This document shows positions 36,318 through 41,766 of a DNA stretch of 41,766 bases, in pieces (the stretch's first letter is position 1; each line of letters begins with the position of its first letter). This stretch comes from a virus (taxonomy: Duplodnaviria; Caudoviricetes). Position numbers and translations under genes: made by a program. The DNA lies in IMG/VR virus record IMGVR_UViG_3300024181_000001, positions 1 through 41,766 of that record; one strand, given 5' to 3'. The notes beneath the pieces are model-generated. The model saw only the letters and a list, made by a program, of their open reading frames with translations, had not been told where the DNA came from and made no database searches.

Positions 36318-37109
36318 ATGCACGATCCGTCGACGCAGGCATTTGTCATCCGCTATCCGTGGCCACACCGCTGGCAGCGCGACGAGAGCGACATCAGGCG
36401 CGGGCATCGTTATCACGACCCGTTCATCACCATCTGGCACGAAGACCCAGAAACGGACGGTACTGACGATTCCTGCGGCTGGTTCATGCGCGAGCGGCAT
36501 GGCGATCCCGAAGTGCTGGCGAAGATCGTCAAACGGTTCGAGTTCGATTGGGACCGGGTGTTCGTAAGCGAGCAAGACGAAAAGATGTACCCGGTGGGAC
36601 TATTCAAGCCCAATGGCGCGCCACGTCTTTCGCCGCAAGGAATCGTGCTAGACCTGTTCTTTTCCGCTGCCATCGAGGCGTTGGGCGGGCGCGAGCGGGC
36701 GGCGCGGTTCATGCAGCACAACCTGTTCGAGCTCTTGCGCTTTGCCGAGAATACGGTCGACAGCCTGTACGACAGCATCGTGCAGACCTTCGGTCCCGCC
36801 CGTGACCGCAAGCAGCGAATCGAGCAGTTCGCCGCCATCGTCTATGGCTGTATTCTGCGCGAGACCCGGCCCTGGTATCGGCATCCGCGCTGGCACGTCT
36901 GGCACTGGCGGCTACAGGTCCATCCGTGGCGGCACCTGCGCCGGTTCCTGCTGACCCGCTGTAGCGTCTGCGGCCGTGGCTTTGCCTACGGCGAGTGTCC
37001 GACGTCAGACTCATGGGACAGCCCGAGGCCGGGGTTTTTACGGGGCGAGCAAGGGCTGCGGCATTCGGACTGCGCCGTGCAGGCCAAGATGGTTGCGACC
37101 AAGCAATGA
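36318..37109 (+). CDS. Trp/His-rich hypothetical protein with C-terminal CxxC...H..C
   Basis: GGGAGG RBS; ITIWHEDPE..G.DDSCGW and RPWYRHPRWHVWHW motifs. Confidence 0.8.
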   Translation: MHDPSTQAFVIRYPWPHRWQRDESDIRRGHRYHDPFITIWHEDPETDGTDDSCGWFMRERHGDPEVLAKIVKRFEFDWDRVFVSEQDEKMYPVGLFKPNGAPRLSPQGIVLDLFFSAAIEALGGRERAARFMQHNLFELLRFAENTVDSLYDSIVQTFGPARDRKQRIEQFAAIVYGCILRETRPWYRHPRWHVWHWRLQVHPWRHLRRFLLTRCSVCGRGFAYGECPTSDSWDSPRPGFLRGEQGLRHSDCAVQAKMVATKQ

Positions 37110-37143
37110 CCGGCTGGCTGCCCTTTCGGAACCGAGCCGAAGC

Positions 37144-37332
37144 ATGAGAAGGTTTGCCGAATGGTTGGGTTGGCTCGTGATGGCCGCTGGCGGTATTGCT
37201 TTGACCGCTTCGTTCTTGGCTCTGGCGATGGATTATGCATGGGGCAAGATTAAATTGTTGCGCGATTTGCGCTGGTTGCAAAGGGCTTGTTCGGCTTATC
37301 AGAAGATCGAGCCGAAAAAGGATGGCGATTGA
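37144..37332 (+). CDS. Small membrane protein
   Basis: One TM segment. Confidence 0.45.
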   Translation: MRRFAEWLGWLVMAAGGIALTASFLALAMDYAWGKIKLLRDLRWLQRACSAYQKIEPKKDGD

Positions 37333-37349
37333 GCAAGGGAGGACGAGCT

Positions 37350-37574
37350 ATGTCGGATCATTGCAACACCATGAGTCAGGCCCAAAGGGATATGGCCGAC
37401 TGTACGGCCGCCTTTTGTGGGCGGTGCAAGCGGGTGCGACTGGTATCGGTAACCAGCGCCATCGACGCCAAGGCCAAGCGCGAGTTCGGGCAATTGGCGG
37501 CTGAGGGGTGTGATATTCGCCACATGACGGCTACCGAAGTGCGTAAGCAAGCCTTCGGCTGTATGTGCGAATGA
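37350..37574 (+). CDS. Small Cys-rich protein
   Basis: GGAGG RBS; CGRC and CMC. Confidence 0.6.
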   Translation: MSDHCNTMSQAQRDMADCTAAFCGRCKRVRLVSVTSAIDAKAKREFGQLAAEGCDIRHMTATEVRKQAFGCMCE

Positions 37575-37942
37575 GCAAGCGCGCCCGCATGGTTGCCGCC
37601 CTGACCGCCCTCGCCCGCCCGGTCTACGCCCGCGAGGCCGCGGCGCACCTGCACTGGCACCCCGAGGTCGCCCGCGAGGTTTTGCGGTCGATGGCTCGGG
37701 ACGGCAAGTGCCGGGGCTGGCTGGATGCGACCGGGCACTGGCTGTTCGCCGCCAATGAGGGCAGCGCGGCCCCGGCTCCTGTGCCGGTCAAGCCCCCCGG
37801 TCCTAGGCGGGTCCGCAAGCCGAACATCGACCCCCCAAGCTCGTCCGCGGGCTGTTTCCGAACGGACCCCTGTTTGCTCCAACAACGATGGAAAACCGCC
37901 CGCCGACCCGACGAACCGGACTGGCTGTGGCAAGTGAGGTGA
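37571..37942 (+). CDS. Winged-HTH-like protein
   Basis: AREAAAHLHWHPEVAREVLRSM...G. Confidence 0.55.
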   Translation: MSKRARMVAALTALARPVYAREAAAHLHWHPEVAREVLRSMARDGKCRGWLDATGHWLFAANEGSAAPAPVPVKPPGPRRVRKPNIDPPSSSAGCFRTDPCLLQQRWKTARRPDEPDWLWQVR

Positions 37943-37944
37943 AA

Positions 37945-38187
37945 ATGGCTCAGGAAACGAACGCTAGACAGTCCCAGGTCGCCGAGGCGAGGGGTTTGCA
38001 CCTCGAATCTGCGCCCAAGCTATATCGCAGTGGGCTCGCCCGCGCTTTTGCCGGAAAGTCCTCGCCTCGCGCGGCTATCAAGGCCAAGTGCCTCGACTGC
38101 TGCCACTGGGATCGGGCGGAGGTGGTGGCCTGCACGGTCGTCCTGTGCCCGCTGCACGCCTACCGCCCGTACCAGACTAGCGGTTAG
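37945..38187 (+). CDS. Small Cys4 zinc-binding protein
   Basis: AIKAKCLDCC...EV..C....CPLHAYRPY; GAGGT RBS. Confidence 0.75.
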   Translation: MAQETNARQSQVAEARGLHLESAPKLYRSGLARAFAGKSSPRAAIKAKCLDCCHWDRAEVVACTVVLCPLHAYRPYQTSG

Positions 38188-38277
38188 TCCGACCATCGGC
38201 GCTTTAGCGTCCCCAGTACCACGCGCACGCCAGCGCGAGCTCCAGTGCGAGCGTGATCAGGACAATGGCGGTGAGGG

Positions 38278-38523
38278 TCATTGCCCGGTCGCCTTGGCGA
38301 TAGCTGACCTGATTCGCATGGCGAGATCGGTTGCCGACTCGGCGCGGGCGTTGTAACCGGCTTCCTCGGCATCCTGTGCCAATACGTCAATTGCCTCCTG
38401 CGACTCTTGCAACAGCGCAATCAACGAGTCTTTCACCGGATCAACCAACACGGTTCTCGGGTTGGGTGATCCATCCCATTTGCCGCTGTCGCGCAACATG
38501 CGCTTCCATTCGTCGTTAGTCAT
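38278..38523 (-). CDS. Hypothetical protein
   Basis: AAGGG RBS; ends IRSAIAKATG. Confidence 0.6.
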   Translation of the reverse strand: MTNDEWKRMLRDSGKWDGSPNPRTVLVDPVKDSLIALLQESQEAIDVLAQDAEEAGYNARAESATDLAMRIRSAIAKATGQ

Positions 38524-38638
38524 GATCGTTTCCCTTTAGTCAGCGGGAGGAGTAACCTAGTCTAACCCGCGCCGCTCCTCCCTTGCGGCGCCGGCTGGGT
38601 CGCCCGCTCACTCCCCGGTGGCGCGGCGGCCCTGTTTT

Positions 38639-38977
38639 TCAGTGGTCATCCCGTTGGATCAGCATGGCTTGATCTATGGCCGCGTCCAAGGTGTCGATGC
38701 CGGTGATTGGACTGTCGTGATACCAGCGGCGGACCTTGGGTGCCATTAGCGTGCCGATGGTGAACGGACCACGGTCGGTGTAGGTCATGTTGTTGCGCAG
38801 CCAGCGATAGCGGATGCCGTCTCGATCCTGCAATTTAGCCAATTTGTCAACCGGTTGATCCTGCGGATTTGGCGATTTGTCAACCATAGCTGCGCGCAAG
38901 ATAAAGAGTGCTGGCTGTACGTCGCCCATTTCCAGCATGCCAATGGCGGTAACGATTGCAACGTGCAGATCAGCCAT
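38639..38977 (-). CDS. Ead/Ea22-like hypothetical protein
   Basis: D..RYRWLR...LDAAIDQAM motif. Confidence 0.6.
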   Translation of the reverse strand: MADLHVAIVTAIGMLEMGDVQPALFILRAAMVDKSPNPQDQPVDKLAKLQDRDGIRYRWLRNNMTYTDRGPFTIGTLMAPKVRRWYHDSPITGIDTLDAAIDQAMLIQRDDH

Positions 38978-39287
38978 GGTTGTACGCTCGCAAACCATCG
39001 CGCAACGCCATGCGCACGGTTTCTCCGGTTAGCGCTTCGTCGTTGGCAAGCGTCTCGACATAGCTCATGAACTGTTGGAATTCGTTGCCGGTGTCGTTCC
39101 ATAGGAGTTTTGCTGCTTCTAGTTCGTTGCGCAGCATGATGATGGCGTCGGCTGCTTCGCTGAGCATGCGCGATTCTTCGATGTAGGCAGCGCCCGCCTG
39201 CAGGTCGCCAGCATCGCGCTTGTCCTCGCCGCGAGCCAAGTGCCAACGCGCTGAGATACGCAACCGCTCTTCTGGCGTCGGCTTCAT
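38970..39287 (-). CDS. Hypothetical protein
   Basis: Coupled ORF; EAADAI..LR motif. Confidence 0.6.
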   Translation of the reverse strand: MKPTPEERLRISARWHLARGEDKRDAGDLQAGAAYIEESRMLSEAADAIIMLRNELEAAKLLWNDTGNEFQQFMSYVETLANDEALTGETVRMALRDGLRAYNHG

Positions 39288-39424
39288 GGCGTTAAATCCC
39301 TGTCTATCTCACGCTTGGCGTCGTCAAGCGTTTGCGCCCGCGCGATCAAACGCCCTTCGTCGCATTGGATCATGAACATGTGGCTTTTCACGTTCCAGCG
39401 TATCCAATAACCCCGGTATTTCAT
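39284..39424 (-). CDS. Small hypothetical protein (46 aa)
   Basis: AGGAG RBS; MKYRGYWI...TLDDAKREID. Confidence 0.6.
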   Translation of the reverse strand: MKYRGYWIRWNVKSHMFMIQCDEGRLIARAQTLDDAKREIDRDLTP

Positions 39425-39471
39425 GGTGTACTCCTGGCTTTTGAGCGGATTCGATCCGCTAGGGAACATCG

Positions 39472-39654
39472 TCATTTTCCTGCCTGTTTCTGATTCCACT
39501 CGTGCGCGAGCAGTACCTCGAGCCAGTGCGGGATCGGCCGCGTCCCCCGCTCCCAGTGCTGCACGGCGCGCAGCGTCACCCCCACATGCGCGGCCAGGCG
39601 CGTGAGCGTCCAGCCGGCCGCGGTGCGGGCCGCGTGCAGTTCGGCGGGGGTCAT
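39472..39654 (-). CDS. XRE-family HTH regulator
   Basis: MTPAELHAAR...LAAHVGVTLRAVQHWERGTRPIP. Confidence 0.85.
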   Translation of the reverse strand: MTPAELHAARTAAGWTLTRLAAHVGVTLRAVQHWERGTRPIPHWLEVLLAHEWNQKQAGK

Positions 39655-39777
39655 AGAGTGCCGTTAGGTGGACCAAATACGGTATGCCCCGCGTCGCCAA
39701 TCCGCCACGGCCCTGGTGTGTGTGTCGTCATCATCATCCCCGGTTAGCATCGGCGCTTTACCCTTGCCGATGATTGT

Positions 39778-39840
39778 AGTATGAACCTAGTTCACTATCC
39801 TGTCAAAGACTGATTAATCATATGGAACCATGTTCGCTAT
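39778..39840 (-). promoter_or_regulatory. Leftward promoter with two GAAC-N3-GTTC operators
   Basis: TTGACA(39801-39806)-17-CATACT on the minus strand; GAACCTAGTTC 39783-39793; GAACCATGTTC 39825-39835. Confidence 0.7.
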
Positions 39841-39987
39841 AACCTTTCGGCAGTAGCAGGCCCAAAACGTACACGCGGAGAATGGCTTGCATCCTAGCTA
39901 TCCAGGTTAGTGAGCACTAACTATCACGGAGAGCGCCTATCCACGCGGCCCGTTTTTCCTCGGTGGAGCTAAAACCTGTCAAGCGAG

Positions 39988-39996
39988 TTATCCACA
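39988..39996 (+). promoter_or_regulatory. Perfect DnaA box
   Basis: TTATCCACA inside the ~1 kb gene-poor region. Confidence 0.45.
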
Positions 39997-40767
39997 GGAA
40001 ATCAACGCTACGCCAGCGGTGCATTACCGCATCCGCACAAAGCGGAGATTAGCCAACAGCAAGCATAGCGAAGTGAGCAATCACTAACATTGCCGCAGCG
40101 CACAATCCAAATGACCGGCGGTCAGTTAAAAACTCGTGCTACATTGATTTGCCGTTTCGCGCGAAGACTGACTTCGCGTAGCGAGCGCCCTCATCAGCAA
40201 CCGTAGCCATGCCCACCGCAACCCGCACGGCGCCATCAGGTTCGGTTATGCCCGAAGAGGATCGCGAGCTGAACCGCCAGCAGCAGGAGCGCGACGACCA
40301 AGAGGAGTACCTGCCCTGGGATGAGGGACAGCATGAGCCAGGGAGCCCACCGGACTAGCTCACGCCATGAGCCAGCGATGAGCGAACCGAACGGACAGAC
40401 CAAGGTTGCTTCCCTCCCATCGCTGCAGATTATCGACAGTCCGCTTGCGATAGCTTCCGCTTATGACAGTCGGATCAGCCCGAAGTGGGAGCCCAGTGGG
40501 TAATCGGGTCCGCGACCGAAGTAGACATAATCCCCGTTACGCGACAGTACCGATCAAGCCGGGCCGCAAGTGGGAGCGGGGTGGGAAACGGGGCGATGTG
40601 AGCGCTCGCTGACCTGTCCTCCGGGACCCATCCGGGGCCGGACGGGTGGGTTGAAAGTGAAGCTCCCCCTCCCGCCGAAATGCGAGCAATTTCAGCGTTT
40701 TGACTTCCCGGCTCCCGTGTTAGGCTTGGGTGGTCCCGCTGCGGGCTTTTGGTGATAGCCTTGCTTG

Positions 40768-41502
40768 ATGACTCCCTATTGGTTCGATGATCGGTTGACG
40801 CTGTATTGCGCTGATGCGATAGACCTGCTTCCGGAGTTTCGCGCAGACGCGATCATTACCGACCCCCCTTATGGAGAAACGAGTCTTGATTGGGACCGTT
40901 GGCCTGATGGCTGGCCTGGAGTAGCCGCAAAGGTATCGTCGTCGATGTGGTGCTTCGGTTCGCTGCGGATGTTCATGGACAGGGCGGCCGAGTTCTCGAC
41001 ATGGAAGATGAGTCAGGATGTGATTTGGGAGAAGCACAACGGGACGAATCCATTCAACGACCGATTCCGTCGCGTGCATGAAATCATCGTCCACTTTTAC
41101 CGCGGCGATTGGGCCAAGGTTACCAAGACCCCGCAGTTCACCAATGACGCCACGGCGCGCACCGTTCGGCGCAAAGCCCGCCCCCCGCAATGGGGCGACA
41201 TTGGCGCGTCATCTTACGTCAGCGATGACGGCGGTCCCCGGCTCATGCGAAGTGTCATCTATGCCCGCAGTTGCCACGGGATGGCGATCCACCCGACGCA
41301 GAAGCCGGAGGAGATCATCCGCCCGCTGCTCGAATACAGCGTTCCCAATGGCGGCACGGTCCTTGATTGCTTTGCTGGAAGCGGGGTAGTTTTGCTTGTC
41401 GCCCGCAAAACCGGACGCCGTGCCATCGGCATCGAAAAGAGCGAGCAACGCTGCGCCGCGATCGTCGAACAGCTCGCGCAGGACGAATTGCTGGTTGGCT
41501 GA
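40768..41502 (+). CDS. Beta-class N6-adenine/N4-cytosine DNA methyltransferase
   Basis: ITDPPY, IWEK, HPTQKP, VLDCFAGSG motifs. Confidence 0.92.
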   Translation: MTPYWFDDRLTLYCADAIDLLPEFRADAIITDPPYGETSLDWDRWPDGWPGVAAKVSSSMWCFGSLRMFMDRAAEFSTWKMSQDVIWEKHNGTNPFNDRFRRVHEIIVHFYRGDWAKVTKTPQFTNDATARTVRRKARPPQWGDIGASSYVSDDGGPRLMRSVIYARSCHGMAIHPTQKPEEIIRPLLEYSVPNGGTVLDCFAGSGVVLLVARKTGRRAIGIEKSEQRCAAIVEQLAQDELLVG

Positions 41503-41766
41503 TGGCTGTTGACACGGAACTGTTGGCGAGGATTTCGGCTGATCGTGCCTTGGCCTCGGTGCTGCTGTTCGGGCATCGGCATCCGCAGGAGGAGGCGCCG
41601 ATGCACATCGAGATCATGGATTTGCTGCGTGCTGCGGATGAGTTCGTGGTGATCGAGGCGTTTCGGGAGGCGGGGAAGACCACCAAGGCGGAGGAGCACC
41701 TGATTCTGGGGGGCTGCTTTGGGAATTACCACTATGGGCTGATCATCGGTGAGACCTACGAGAAGG
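41502..41766 (+). CDS. terL: Terminase large subunit, N-terminal part (continues at position 128)
   Basis: ATG overlaps the MTase stop; MAVDTELLARIS...ADEFVVIEAFREAGKTT is in frame with 1-1896. Confidence 0.9.
   Translation, partial: MAVDTELLARISADRALASVLLFGHRHPQEEAPMHIEIMDLLRAADEFVVIEAFREAGKTTKAEEHLILGGCFGNYHYGLIIGETYEK

Noticed and set aside
38540-38638. GC-rich intergenic stem (GGGAGGAG/CTCCTCCC) as a third ncRNA copy
   Set aside because: Lacks the shared motifs of copies A and B; a single short stem is expected at this GC content
39783-39835. GAAC-N3-GTTC as a LexA/SOS box
   Set aside because: Spacing does not match the GAAC-N4-GTTC or GTTC-N7-GTTC boxes; the adjacent XRE gene is a simpler explanation
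40209-40358. Short acidic ORF (MPTATRTAPSGSVMPEEDRE...)
   Set aside because: No clear RBS or motif; cannot be supported as a gene from sequence alone
41640-41766. 127-bp terminal repeat as a biological direct terminal repeat
   Set aside because: It falls in the middle of terL and its length equals a common assembler k-mer; best read as a circular assembly overlap

Overview
This window appears to be one complete, circularly assembled ~41.6 kb tailed dsDNA phage genome (podovirus-like, high GC). Bases 41640-41766 repeat bases 1-127 exactly, and the large terminase gene runs across that join. The + strand late region (41.5 kb through 28.3 kb) encodes TerL, portal, collagen/lectin/decoration proteins, an M48-like metallopeptidase, scaffold, major capsid, adaptor, nozzle, fibre, a cupin, three ejection proteins, a PurD-like ATP-grasp ligase, lysis genes and a glycoside hydrolase. 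Early genes diverge from a Cro-like switch at ~33.5 kb. I found no recognisable integrase, CI repressor, polymerase, primase, helicase or replication initiator. Two candidate novel systems stand out. (1) Two diverged, oppositely oriented copies of a ~390-nt structured non-coding element with compensatory base changes (28730-29113 minus; 35737-36290 plus, the latter interrupted by a small ORF). These may be RNA-primed replication origins or a new large ncRNA. (2) A shared N-terminal leader ([YF]-L-x-L-G-V) on scaffold, major capsid and fibre, with a variant on a decoration protein, alongside a phage-encoded zinc peptidase and a divergent ATP-grasp ligase. This suggests a virion-protein processing/modification pathway. 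All family assignments come from motif recognition by eye, without database searches.
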